From Dimorphilus gyrociliatus (taxonomy: Eukaryota > Animalia > Annelida): a stretch of 64,000 nucleotides of DNA. The notes under the pieces are model-generated. The model had not been told where the DNA came from. It saw only the letters and a program-made list of their open reading frames with translations, and searched no databases. Below are positions 1 to 13,600 of this stretch, piece after piece. The first letter of the stretch is position 1. The number at the start of each line of letters is the position of its first letter. Location of the stretch: positions 2,594,946-2,658,945 of the forward strand of contig CAJFCJ010000006.1 of the NCBI GenBank assembly GCA_904063045.1, read 5' to 3'. The translations under genes were made by a program, and so were the position numbers.

Positions 1-702
1 CTATTAACTTGTAAATTGTTGGCTACTTCCAGGATAGCCTGAGCTTCTTGAATATATTTACTTTTAGCTAAAATACAACCAACTTCTGCAAGTCTGGCTG
101 GCGCTTCTAAACTTAATAATACTTCATCGTCAACTAATTTTGAAACAAGATTAGCCAGTGATAAGGATAAAGAATCAATATTTTGAAACCCATTTTCTAA
201 AGATATTGTAAAGTATGATAAACTCTTCTCATAATCGTCCAAGTGAAAATTTATAATCCCTTTCAAATAATAACATTTTGGATTTAATTTCTGAACTTTT
301 AATACTTTGTCTAAATCTTCATCAGCCTCTCTATATAGACCTAATTGGACATTACAAGCAGCTCTAGAGTAGATTATTTCAACATTATTTTCATCAATTT
401 CTAAAGCTTCGTTAAATTTATCTGATGCAAGTTTAAAATCTCCCTTTAGAAAGGCTTTTTCACCCTTTGATTTAAGCTTTTTAACGGTTTTAATTTCTTC
501 TGCTTCGGATAATATTGAAGTAACTTCTGCAGTGTGTGGAAGCGACATTGATGAAAGTTTATGGGAAAGTTGAAAATCCATTTCATTTAAAAATTTCTTT
601 AAATATTTTAGTTGAATGACATTGAATATCCAGTTGTTAATACATTTTTTTTCATGTATCCAAAGTTTGTTTATATTTCACCGCCATGGCAAAAAACGCC
701 AT
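1..702 (-). CDS. Tetratricopeptide-repeat protein (TTC28-like N-terminus); 5' part only, runs off the left edge of the window
   Basis: Open minus-strand frame from at least ATG 581 to position 1: MDFQLSHK...KGEKAFLKGDFKLASDKFNEALEIDENNVEIIYSRAACNVQLGLYREADEDLDKVLKVQKLNPKCYYLKGIINFHLDDYEKSLSYF, i.e. three TPR motifs. A possible tiny first exon (in-frame ATGs at 702 and 687, then GT) precedes it; the start is uncertain. Confidence 0.7.
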
Positions 703-1780
703 CTTTTATTGGTATGACTAAATCGTAAAGCATATAACTACTTACACCTAAGGGAATACTAATTATTGAACGCCTGTTAAAAACTAATAGTTTGTTAAAT
801 ATGTAATACTAACGCTGTTTTATTATTATTCATTAATATATTTATTAAAGTTTGAGTAGTTTTAGATTACTTCTTGGAAAATTTAATTAAGCTTAATAAG
901 CGTTTTATAGAAACAAACAAGGATTTTAGTTTTAGAAACTGTAGTTTATATAAAGAAAATGTTCTTTTTAAATAATTGATATTATATTTCTTAATTACTC
1001 TTGGGATAATAAAGAGAAGAAAAGGGGAAGAGAAAGTAGAGAAAGATCAGGATATATTAATAATAATTAGACGAAAGATTGTCTCCCACCTCCTTCTCCT
1101 CCTCTCCCTTTCTGTGTGTGTCTTTGTGCCCCCTCTTTCTCTTAATAAAGTTATTCTTGAATGATAAATCTTTATAATAGCTAATAGTAATTAATCCCAA
1201 AATTTTACAAGATTAGTCAATAATATAAACCCACGTGTCCATTAACACCATTATTTAAACTCATATAAGAATTTAAGATTACTTCAAAAACAACGTTAGG
1301 ATGTAATAGTGATAAGTGATATTACACTAAGGGGAATTATTTATATAGCTTTCAGGAATAAACGAATAAGATATCTTTCTCTTTATTCAACTCCTTCCTC
1401 CATTTTGCCTATCATATTTTTTCAACATATTTTTTATTAAGTACAATTCTTATTTACTGAATTTTAAATCCGGTTGAATAAATATTTATAATGAATATTT
1501 ATAATCTATAAATATTTAAACGGAATGTAAAAATATCTGTTATTTACTATTTAATTTAACATCTATTTACATTTTTCCTACACAAAAATCGATTAATTAG
1601 TATTTTATGTGATATTATGGATTGAAATTCAATATTTAAATGTGCACGCAAGAACCAGTTTTTTTCATTGGTTTATCGAAATGAAATCTGGTTCCTGTCA
1701 ACTATTTTTAATAATGATTTTCATTAAATAAGCAATATTATTTAAGAACCTCTTTTCTAACAGCTGTTACCGAATACTAT

Positions 1781-1791
1781 TGCGCATGCGC
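1781..1791. promoter_or_regulatory. NRF1-type palindromic site TGCGCATGCGC
   Basis: Exact GCGCATGCGC consensus about 230 bp upstream of the SLC7 ATG, in the divergent promoter region. A related ACGCGCATGCGT lies at 18132-18143. Confidence 0.5.
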
Positions 1792-2021
1792 CAGAATCAA
1801 CGTGTATTTTTTTTTATTCAATTTATAATAGTGTACAGATGTAGATATTCGTATACCAATGCATAAAAAGATGACTTAAAAAAGGATACAGTTGATATTA
1901 ATTATATACTCGGATATAGTCTCAAAAACATCATTCATTCCATTGCGAAAGAATTTGTATTAAAAATACATTGAAATTAAGACTTTTTTACTTGCATTTA
2001 TTAAGTATTTAAACAATAAAA

Positions 2022-2310
2022 ATGGTTCTGAATATTTTGAGTTCTATGTTAAGAACAAAAACTTATGATAGTCATGAAACGAAATTGCACAAATGTTTAA
2101 ACATATGCGATTTAATATTACTTGGAATTGGTTCAATGGTCGGCTCTGGAATTTACATTGTTACCGGAGAAGCTGCAAAAGAACTTGCCGGTAAACATTT
2201 ACTGTTTTATGGAACGTTTTAGAAAAAAAATTCTATTCTGAAATAGATCTTTTCAAACCAATAAACATTAGATATAAATTTATAAAGAAAGAAAGAGAAG
2301 GAGAGAGAGG

Positions 2311-2343
<33 letters not shown>

Positions 2344-4284
2344 TAAAAGAATGAAAGAAATCGCAAAAGATTGTTAAATTGAATATCTAAGTCATTCAGA
2401 ATATTTTAACAAAATATACATTTATTTAATTTTACTATAAAATTACCGGATATACTATAAAGCAAGTTTTTTTTATTAATAGACATAGCATTAAAATTTC
2501 ACAGGTCCTGGTATCGTATTGAGTTTCATAATTGCTGCAATATCAGTCGGTTTAAGTGCTCTGTGTTATGTGGAATTTGCAGCTCGAGTTCATAAAACGG
2601 GCGGCATCTATTTATATACTTATATGTGCCTTGGAGAATTTTGCGCCTTTTTGATTGGTTGGAGTACCTTAGTTCGTAAGTTGAAAATTTGATTAGTCAA
2701 CTTTCGTTACACTTTACATTTAGTTTTATATAAAGTTAATAAGTTTCTATTAACCTATATATATATTTTCATATGTTTTTTCCTTTATTTCTTTTAGTAA
2801 TTTCCGTTGGAGGAGCGACGAATGCCAGAGCTTGGAGTTCGTATTTGAACAGTTACACCGGGAATAGAATTGAAAATTGGACGATTCATCATGTGGCAGA
2901 TTGGAGATCTCTATCAAGACCTCTAGCTGGTTACCCAGATTTTGTTGCATCAGCAGTACTTATTGTTTTAGTTGCTATTGTTTCAATGGGAGCCAACTGC
3001 TCTGGAAAGTTTATGTCTGTAATGACAACTTTAAATATATCGGTATTATTGTTTGTTAGTATAGTTGGTTTCGCTGGTACAAAATCATTCAAAAACTGGA
3101 CATTTAATGGATTTCTTCCATTTGGAATTTCAGGTGTCATTGCAGGTGCTAGCAAGTGTTTTTGGGCACTATCCGGATTTGAGGCTATATTTACGGCAGT
3201 GGAGGAAGCAAAAACACCAAAGAGAGACATTCCTATTGCTACCGGCTTATCAATATCTGCTGTTACCATCCTTTATGTCATGACTTCAGCAGCCATTACA
3301 TTAGTGAAACCTTACAATAAATTAGATCCACACTCCCCTATTCCGAGTGCGATATCGTCGACTGGCTGGGAATGGGCAAGGCATATAGCAACAATCGGTC
3401 CTCTTCTTGGACTTACGACTACATTATTTACATCTATTTTCAGTTCAGCTAGGCAACTTTACGCTATGGGCGTTGACGGCCTTCTACCTCCTATAACAGC
3501 CAAGGTTAACGACTGCTCGAGGTTACCTCTCTTCAATATCTATTTTGTTGGGATTCTAATGGTTGTCTCTGCTTTGCTATTTGATCTCAGAGATCTTTTA
3601 TCGATGGCCGTTACAATAACACTCTCCCAGTACCTTCTTGTGAGTGCTGCAGTAGTTTATCTACGTTATAAACCAACTGTCCCAGTTCAGGAAAATGGTT
3701 TTTTACCAGTTAATGGGACAGACGAAGACGGTTATGCCTCAAGCGAAGAAACTAATCTCATGTCAAAATCAAAGGTTCGAAGGTCTAATGTAGGCAGTTT
3801 ACGACAGTGTATAGTAAAACGTGGCTGTAAGTCATCAGTTCCACAAGGGCACTGTGTTCTTCTCTCCATATTGCTTTATATTGTCGCCTCATTTATTTTC
3901 GGACTACTTATTAGATTAAACGCTTTCAGCTTTATGCTTAATGGTGATGAGCCTAGTGCAATTCTACTCACTATAGTATGTGTGGCCTTAATTGTCCTAA
4001 TTATCGTAATCTACATCCATGAAAAGTCAGATGCCAAAGATTTCGTTGTTAAGACGCCTTGCGTGCCTCTAATTCCCTGTCTTAGTATATCTACTAATGC
4101 TATACTGTTAGCTGTCAGTGCAAGTTGGTCAAGTTGGATAGTCTACGGTGCTGTTCTACTAAGTGGAGTAATGATTTATTTTCTCTATGGCATACGACAT
4201 AGCACACTAAATGATGAAAGGACAACAAAGACCTCTTCAGAACTGGAATTGCCTTTAATCGAAGATGACGACGACGAGTTATAA
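2022..4284 (+). CDS. Cationic amino acid transporter (SLC7/CAT family, APC superfamily), 3 exons
   Basis: Exons 2022-2190, 2505-2675 and 2798-4284 with GT-AG introns and matching phases. Motifs LGIGSMVGSGIYIVTGEAAKELAGPG, ALCYVEFAARV..TGG.YLYTY, FWALSGFEAI, and the C-terminal KTPCVPLIPCLSI typical of CATs. Confidence 0.93.
2285..2343. repeat. (GA)n microsatellite in SLC7 intron 1
   Basis: Directly visible GA run with interruptions. Confidence 0.9.
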
Positions 4285-4620
4285 GATTTTCCTCAGTTCT
4301 CTGACAAGTATACTCTGAAATTACTAGAAATTACTATAAGTCTGATCTTAACAAAGTAATGAAAATCATATTTTGACTTATGATTTAGGCTCTTTGAATA
4401 GTTGAATATAAAATATTAGTCTCTTTGTAATAAATATATTCATAACAAAAACATTCACAAACCAAGACAATATCTTTTATGTACACGAGTCCCATTTAGG
4501 CATGTATAAACGAACAAACACTCGTTTGCAGGTTGGACGTACTCTTGATATACTAGTAAGGCTTTTATCCTAAGCTGTCACGTGATGCTAAGATAAAATC
4601 CTCGTTTGTAAAAAATTGTG

Positions 4621-4661
4621 TGTATATATATATATATACTGTATATACATACATAAAATAA

Positions 4662-4706
<45 letters not shown>
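4621..4706. repeat. (TA)n microsatellites, representative of many in the window
   Basis: Long TA runs here and near 8548, 8750, 19958, 46348, 55861 and 57030. Confidence 0.9.
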
Positions 4707-4709
<3 letters not shown>

Positions 4710-4860
4710 AATAATTATCTTATTTAGATATAGACAACGGTCTCTAATAAAAAGACTAGATCAGGCTATAACAACGAGAAATAGTTTGTGTTTGATTTTC
4801 TCAAAAAAGTCCTCACTTCCTTGTCTGCTGTTTCCTCTCTTATAAAAAGTTTTTATCGAG

Positions 4861-7800
4861 TCAGACATGAGCTATGGGAGCTGAGAAGTGCGATCTGGAA
4901 TCAAACATACCCCCGATACTTCCTAGCTTGACGATAGATGAAGAATTGTGAGATTTTACACTAGCTGGAGGGGACGATGGTTTAAATCTACCGTATGAGT
5001 TGGCCCCAATGCTACTTGATAGTTGAGTAGTACCTGTAGAACTATGATTTGAACCTTGATTAGAGCTGTGAGATAGTTCTGCAAGACGATCGGCAAATTT
5101 TGTCAGCTCGTTTAGTAAACATAGGAAACTCGGTCTTCTGGTAGGTGATTCGTTCCAACAGTCAATCATCAAAGTTGAAATGATTTGTGGAGTGTCTGGT
5201 GATGGTCCAAGAATATGACGAAGTTGAATCTTTTCCATGACCTCTGCATTTGAGCAACCTGCATAAGGTTGAATACCCTGATTCCACATTTCCCAGAGAA
5301 GAACGCCAAAGCTCCAAATATCTGAGAAAGTCGTAAATTTACCATACATAATGCTTTCGGGTGCCATCCATCTTATAGGCAACATAGATGAATTTTGCAC
5401 CCTGTAGTAATCGCAGGAGTAAATGTTTCTGGCTAGGCCAAAATCTGATATTTTCACATTGAGACCCTCCGTCAAAAGCACATTACGAGCAGCTAAATCT
5501 CTATGAACAAACCGCCTGTCTGATAAATAAGCCATCCCAGAGGCGATTTGAATAGCAACAGTTGTCAAATCCCTGTTAGAGAGAGGCTCACCGGCCAATC
5601 TTCCATTAATTGAGTGAAGAACTAGTAGTTCGTGAAGGTCGCCCTGTGTCATATACTCGAATAGCATACACCATGGCTGTTGGCGAACAGAAACCCCAAT
5701 GAGGCTGACAACGCAAGGATGTTTGAGATCACGTAGAAGACGAGCTTCCCTCTCGAATTCACTAATGAGCCCATTATTCGGCCCGTCGTACTGTTTGAGC
5801 GTTTTAATTGCCACAGTCTGTCCTGTATATGACAATTCCCCCTTGTAGACTTTTCCAAAAGCTCCCTCACCCAGTTCATGGAGGAAGATAATTGAGTTCA
5901 AAGGAAAATGAGGTATATTCGGTAAGTTACTATGTCTATCTAACGCGTGTTGATGTTGACGTATTTCGACTGCTTTCAGAGGGGTTCCACTCCACGAATT
6001 GAAACGTCGCTTTCGGCACCAGCAAATGCAAATAAGGCCAAAGGTAAGGAAGAAGACGACAGCTATAGATGGCACTAATATCACCATTAGAGTATTGAAG
6101 CTCTTCTGTTCTTCTCCTGAGTCGGCTATATTTAATTTTAGGGGAGAAAAGAATAAACAAATTATGAAATATTCGTATAGATGTCGCTACGTATTATTGA
6201 TTCTGTCAAGTTGTAGGTTAAAAAAAAAAAGAAAAAGTAAAGCGCAGAGATTATCTAGTCTTAACTTTAGGCCTATATAATTATTAATACGATATAAAAT
6301 ACTATAATAGGCTTATCTATCTGCGTATTTTTTTTTTTGTTGACGGGAGGAGAAAGGAAGGAAATAATAAATTACAAGAGAAACAATAAAAAACTCACAG
6401 CATCTTTTGATATCGCATTTTTCAACTATTATCCCACCAGGAGATGCCTCTCTATAACACCAGGGGGCATCGTATTGGCCATTAGGATTTCGGCAATAAT
6501 TATGACCTGCGTAATCCTTGTAAGACTTCCCAGTCCACTTTTTACAGACCTTGCCAGAAATTGTCCGACTAACAAATCCTTTATATGAACTGCCATTGTC
6601 CTTGTAGCAGGACGGTTCGTAGTTATCTGTACAAAATACGTATTGATAAAGGTTTTTAGATGATTATTGTACCTGACATGTGCTTGTCAGTTCTTTTTTT
6701 TATTTTGCACTTGTATGGTAGCTTTGAAGGAGAGATAGAGAATTATATCTAATTTTATTCAAAATAACAAGTGTACCGTAACAGATAAATCGTAAAGGTT
6801 ATAACATTATTAGATAATGTTTATTATTATTTTTTCTCCTATATATTTATTATTGTAAGGTTATGTTATCATTAACTTCTTAATAGTTTAATTATAGGAT
6901 ATTTTATAGAAAGGGGCCCGGAATTTATAGGAAGAAAGGATTTTCTTTGGGTCAACGATTCGTTCGTTAACATTTAGTTGACAAATCTCCTCCCTCTAAT
7001 CAGTCAGTAATACTAATCTTTCTGATTAATCAATTGCATCATAATCCGTCTTCTTTATTTTTCTGTCGACTAATTGGACCCTACACTGCATTGTGTTAAT
7101 TACGTAAGGGGTAGGATACTAATGGGTAGAATTTATACATGCAGTCGTAAATATCCCTAAAGCAATAATGATTAGCTTGAAGGAAAATGCGTTATTCTAT
7201 ACGTCTCTCTTCTCTTGCTACCCAATGGTACTTACAATTTGATGTGGGTAATTTTACACAAAGACGGTTATCTGGCAGTCCTTCGCACGACGGTAGTTGG
7301 TGAGAGTACTGATCATATTCCCGAGAACAGAACTGGCGCTTAACCCATTCGCATTCGGATTTACATAACAATCTCGGCTGAGAGTTGGATGAGCAGGATG
7401 TGTAACGAGTAAGGCACAAGACTCGCTTGAGATAACTCTTACAGGTTTCGCCCAATTCATTAAGAAATGGCAGGCTCCGGGAATTGATCTCCATCAGTTT
7501 ACTTTCGATTTGTGATTGGGTCGATTTGCTGCCGACAAATACCATTTTATCCCCAAGATATTCTGAACAAGTTTCTCCCCTATACGGTTCGCAATAGCCA
7601 TCGCTGGGAGGATCCCTGTCCAAATGTACAATTTCCGGTGGTCTGTTAATTAAACAAAATATTATAAATCTCTCTTCTTTGTATGTATAAACACTCGTAG
7701 AATGTTTCAATTTGTCTTGTGGTGATAGAAAATCATTCATTTTAACGCCCCATAGTTGAAATGTGTAAATAAGCTTTTCGTGACTGAACTAACAAGTATG

Positions 7801-8543
7801 AAAAATAGCCTATTCTATTTTCTCTGCAATCTTTTTCTTTAGAAAATCTATCTTTCTCCTCACATCTATTTTCAAACGTCTAGCAACCGCCTATACAGTT
7901 GAAATAGCAATATTTACGTAATAATCCTTACTCATTTCGTCATACGACAACGATTTATTAACAGGAGAACCGTGTATTGAACTTCAAATAGATTAATCGG
8001 ATATGCAGTATACGTAAAGTAGGCCTGCATTTTCCTTAGACTAGTGTTTCCAGCTATTCGCCGGCTTTCTCTTTAGCGCCTTATAACTAGCGTTTCGTAT
8101 ATCTTTTAAGTAAATTAGTTTACTTCTATATCGAAATAGTCCGTATACAATTTCCTGATTATAATTAATCAAGCATAGAGAAAGAGTAAAAATGGAAAAG
8201 ACAGAGAGAAAGAGAGGTAGAAGGACAGCTTTAGGAGAGAATGAGAGGAAGCCCACGCATTTTATTGAAATATTTCCCGTTCAACTGTCTTAACTTGAAT
8301 GTTATTTAAGAGCTTCTTCTGTCTTTAATTAAAAACAAGAAATGACATTTCATTATATATAGAAAAATTGCTAACTGTTCACTGTGTAAATGAAGTGAAT
8401 AGATTTATTTTTTCTCTTTTTGCCAAATAATCACGTGACCCAAGTCTTTGGATACAATGTATATAAATAGGAAAATATGCAATAGGAGGTAAACAATAGA
8501 AATATAAATAACCCTATTCACACATATAGGCGTATATACTGTT

Positions 8544-8582
<39 letters not shown>

Positions 8583-11486
8583 TTATGTTTATATTTATAT
8601 ATATATATGATTATTAATAATGTATGAAGAACATACTAATACTATGCTTACATTTTGTATTTATTCACCAAGCATCTGCTGGGATTTTTTTATTAGACAT
8701 TTTTTCTAGTTGTTAATAACCCTTACATCTGTCTTAAAAATCGAACATTCATATATATATATATATATATATTAAGAGTCTATTATGTTAAATTGTCGGT
8801 CAATAATAAACTGGGACCCTTGTCTAAAGTAAACTAATAAGAAAAGTTGCATTAAATATCAGGTAGAACCGTTAATTAATCGTACGTTACTTTTTAAACT
8901 GTCAATTTAATCTCGGTATATCAATCGACAGTATGCAGGAAAAAAAGGAACAGTCGAAAGCAAATTTTAAACGGTCGATATAGTTTGCACAATCAGTTTG
9001 TTCGAGTAAACGCTTCGTAAAAAACGCTGGGAAAAAAATATAGAACAAAGACGCCTCGACGGCGAGCGTGTGTGCACGTGCATCTGAAAATAGGCTATGA
9101 CTAATCGACCACCCGCCGCCGTCACGACATTCAAGTGTAATCATCATGCAAATTTCTGGAATCGGGTCAACGCGCACGAGTATTGTTATTATCTTTTTCG
9201 GCTCCTTTTTTATATATAAAAAATGTTATTATATACATTAGTATCCTTAAACGAGACAAAGATTTATGTTTAATTGATTAGTGTGGTACTCGACAATAAT
9301 AGAACTATTCTCTCTAGTCTAGGCTATTCTATGGATAAAGCATAATCTTAGGGCTTCAAATTTCGTCATTTATCTTATTTAATGTACCCTATTTAACTTT
9401 GTAAAAAGGAAAATAAAGGGACAGTAAGGGGCTTTCCATTTTCCTTACCACCTACAACGTCTAGATACACTTTCGCTCTTTTTTCTATTCATTGCACCTT
9501 TCTCCACCTTTTCTCTCTTCTTTTATTTCAATGCTAGCTGGTCTTATTAAGCGGAGTCAATACGCGTGCAATTGTCTGACCCTACATGACCTCAACTGGT
9601 TTTCCATTACCTATTATTACAGAAAACTAGCGTATAAGTTGATAAGCATGCAGTATTACGGGGAATAATTTTACTAATATACAATTTACGGTTGTAAAAC
9701 CCTTTAATATTCGAAAGCTTTTAAATGAGCTTAATCTTAAAAGGGGAAAAGATGGTAAAGGAAGTTGCTTTCGTGAGCTTAATAAAAATTTTAGCGTTAT
9801 TATCGATTATTATATACTTCACCTTTTAAATGGCATATTTTAGTATACAGGGCTCTTTAGCCTCTTTTTTTTATAATAGCTTAGCAGAATTATCATCTTA
9901 TCAACGTTATCTATTATGATTCTTCAATTCTGATATATATATATATATATATAATCTTATATGCATGAATGCATGTAGGTTGAAAGTTAAAATTATAATT
10001 ATAGGCCTTACGCAAGGTTGAATATATGGCTTTTAGAAGTGTTAAGAAAAGATTGTAAATAGGTAAGATAAAAGCTTTTCTCTTTTTTATGTTACAATGC
10101 TTAACAGCCACCTTGTTGGCAAGGTCACGTGATGGCTATAAAACACCTTCAATCATCGCAACAAGTGTTACAAAAAATGGCTGCTGATTACCACCCCCTA
10201 GTTGCATAGGCTTGATAAAGAATGGAAAGAATAGAGAGGGTGAAAGGCGGCAACGAGATTTAACGACTCAAATGAATCGGAACACCCAGCTGGCGCATAT
10301 TTTCGTCCGTTGTTAAGAGCTGTCGGGGCGTTACTACCGTCTCATTATTATGTCATTTTTCTTCCTATTGACAGAGTACCCTCCTCTTATTTTACATAAC
10401 ACATCTATATGTTATATATAGACCCACTTAGATAGATAGATATGAGAAAATTAAAGTAGAAATATAGGGTTCTAAGGTCTCGTATACCCCGAGCTATACT
10501 TTCTTAATAGCTCTATATAAGGGATTTAATAACTAATGCTTAGAAATAAAAAAAGAAAGGTCTCTTAAATGGGAAGTGATTTTTATCAGTCTTCGCTTTG
10601 AAAAGAGACAGTCATCATTATGTCTAAAAAATCTTTCAATCTATGATCAAGTTATTGGCATCTAGTCAGTCAGGAGTATATCTCCTTCCATTTGACAGCT
10701 GGTAATTCCCCCGTCCACCGTTAGGGAATTAGTCTGCCGTCTGTACGAAGGAAACTACCAGCTATAGGCTATAAGAAAATATTGCAAAATACATAATAGT
10801 AATAATATGTCGTGACTATCCTTTTACAACTACTGGAAAAGATAGGCTGATAGTTTCTGTTACTAATAGCAACGTCTTTTGTCTCCCCCTACGTACACTT
10901 TAATAGATGAATATAGACTAGAAAAAAAAAAGAAGATTTTTTTTACCTTGTAACTCCTTCTCTGTTCTTTTTGTGTTTTCTTCTACCTCCCTTCTTTTTC
11001 GGTCGATCTACTTTTTCTTTTTTTAATTAAACGACGAATAAGGGATGAAGTACTAATTAATTATATGCTTACTCTTCGGAGGGCCGACTGTTAGCGTTGC
11101 TGTCGTATTTCTCTCACCAAATTCATTCCTACCAATGCAAGTATAAATTCCGGCGTCTGATTTCTTCAAGCGTTTTATTGATAACCTTTTTTCGGAGAGG
11201 AACAATAATAAAGCATATATTTTTTTCGTTAAATAAATTGATTCTTTTCAATGAGGATAGAAAAGGGTACTCGAAAGAGAAAAAAAAGTCATGTGATCAA
11301 CTTACTCTCCCCCGTAGCTGGTAGTATGAATAGAAATTCGATCATTATTCTTCGAATCCAGGACAATATTATTCTTTAGCCAGATATATGTAGGTTTTGG
11401 ATCTCCAGTAATATCGCAGACGAAGATGGCTTTTCTGCCCTCGTTGGACGATATGCTCGTCATATTATTTGTATTTCGAATGTTGC
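4861..11486 (-). CDS. Ror: Ror-family receptor tyrosine kinase (Ig, Frizzled CRD, kringle, TM, kinase); first coding exon not firmly located
   Basis: Phase-consistent exons: 11486-11306 and 11185-11073 (Ig: CDITGDPKPTYIWLKN...DAGIYTCIGRN), 11016-10947 (basic linker), 7642-7236 (CRD: YCEPYRGETC), 6626-6399 (kringle: NYCRNPNG..APWCY) and 6125-4861 (TM plus kinase: GEGAFG, VAIK, HRDLAARN, DFG, YxxDYY, Ser-rich tail). A weak candidate first exon lies at 12238-12136. Confidence 0.93.
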
Positions 11487-13469
11487 CTGAGGAAAGAGCG
11501 ATTTCGTATAAATAAATTAGCAGAAGGGACGAAGGGATTAGCGGCAAATTTCATTAAGCGGATGGGACGGCTTAAAGCTCAGTAATAAACTAAGCAGTAA
11601 AAAAAATGAAGGATTTGTACAAACAATTTAAACGCCTTACATAACTACCTACAATTGTCGAATTTATCACTAAACTATCCTTTCGGTACAATTAGATTAG
11701 ACGCAATATACGATGCTATATAGTCTGTAAATTGAATTTATTTCAGCTTCCGTTTGCCGGTCAGGTGTTTACATCATATAAGTGAAAGATAATTAAAAGA
11801 ATCTATCTATTTGTTAGTTTACTAGGTGCCGGAATTTTTCTTTTACTAAACCAATGTTAACTTTCCCTTTTTCCTTTTCCTCTTAAATATATACCTACAA
11901 GTGTAAACACCCTTTCCAAAAAGAGTTTATGGTTCGTGGCAAGTATGAGTGCTGTATAGACTTTATATAAAGTAAACAATAAACAATATTATCCAGATCT
12001 TAAGCCCCGCACTCTTCACCTTCTATTGCTAGTGCTTGTATAAGGATTATATTTATGATATTTTGTAATGGGTGATCCGATATTTTGCTTTTCATGTTCC
12101 TTTTAAAGTAGCTAATGCTCATTAACAAGTTGCACCTGACCCGTTAATATAGAACTGGTTGAAAATTGATGCGCAAGGAGCAAATGTCAGATGAAGCGCG
12201 TGTTTCCAGAGTCTGTAAATTAGTTTTACGTGCCGCATTAGTCGAGCGACTTATCTTGATACTGACGTTTTCCATTCGAGGGCATTTAGTTGCGGTAAAA
12301 AAAGGAGTACACTTTAGCCGATTTAAGTCAACTCTTATCAGGACTTGCCCGTCTCCACGTCTACTTCCCTCATGTTAATGGGGTTTCAAAGACCTACAAA
12401 CATTTCACGTACAGTGAAAAGAGTAGAAGGGCCAGGCTTATAAACCCTTAGGGCTGACAAACAAATCGGAGAGAGTTCAAACGCTCGAAAAAATCGAAAG
12501 TTTGCCTCATGAAAGGAGAGACCGGAGAATGAAATTTTTTCGCCAGTTAATTTCCTATTCATTATTTTTAAATTGATGATAGTAGAATAAAAAAAGAGCT
12601 ACAACAAGAGACGAGATCTATTTAAATCTCCTTCATGGAAGATATATATGGTGGTTGGTGCCCATATTTCAACGCACAAAGGGCAGATCTGGAAAGTATC
12701 ATTTCTAGTTTTAAATTATAGATGAAAACTGTAAAGCACCCGTTAGCTGTCAAAATTCATAAACACAAACTATATTATGATGAAAGCAGGCATTATGTTA
12801 TCAAAGTCTATTTAATATCAGTAAGATGAAAATAATAGGTAATTACGTAAACAAGTATTGGATTATATTGAAAAAAAAATCAATTAACAAAATATAATTA
12901 AATTCAACGTTTCTTTCATCCTACTTATTAGAAGTTGATGACAACCGATTTGGAAGACGTTACAAAAGACGCCCAAACATGTAACATGCTACATAAATGG
13001 GCGACAGAACAAATCGTCTAATGGAAAACTTTTAGGGCGGCATCCGGTCTTTGTGGCTTTTTTCTATTGAAAAACTTTCTATATAAGAGACGCTCATTTC
13101 AATTTCTATTCATAAAAGTGTTGTAAACTAGCAGAATCAGGTTTCGGTTACAAAGCTTAGCGAAATAAATAAACTATCGAGGATAATAGGTGAAAACAAA
13201 ACAACGTTCTAATTATGTAAAATTAATAAAAGGACAATAAAGATAAATAGAGAGAGAGAGAAAGAAAGGCATAAAATAAGAGAAGTGGAGATGGAATGCT
13301 AGCTATAATTAAGGAATTGTTTTTTCTCTTAGCCAGTCGGTTGCATTTCTAGTTTCTAAACAAGAACAGGGAAGACAAACATACTGACAGCTGGATAGCA
13401 ATAAAGGGCGAGCGTAGAAAATGTATAGGTAAAATTTTCATCTAAAAACACCCACACATACACTATACT

Positions 13470-13600
13470 TCTCTCTTTTTCTCTCGATCTTTCTTATTCT
13501 CTCTCTCTCTCTCTCTCTCTGTTCTCTTTCTCTCACATTCTTCGCAACTGTCATTCATTTCATATTTTCTTTCGTATTCTTTCTCTCTCTCTTTCTGTCT
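13470..13600. repeat. (CT)n / pyrimidine-rich microsatellite tract
   Basis: Visible CT run at about 13498-13520 within a pyrimidine-rich tract. Confidence 0.8.

Noticed and set aside
9241-9248. U12-type 5' splice motif GTATCCTT
   Set aside because: No exon precedes it on that strand; it lies antisense within the Ror intron.
12136-12238. Candidate Ror first exon MRHVKLIYRLWKHALHLTFAPCASIFNQFYINGS
   Set aside because: The phase fits, but it lacks a convincing signal-peptide hydrophobic core and has a weak donor, so it was left out of the gene model.
12955-13022. Imperfect hairpin AGACG..CGCCCA..TGGGCG..CGTCT as a possible miRNA or snoRNA
   Set aside because: Large internal loops and short helices, no H/ACA or C/D boxes, and no recognisable seed.
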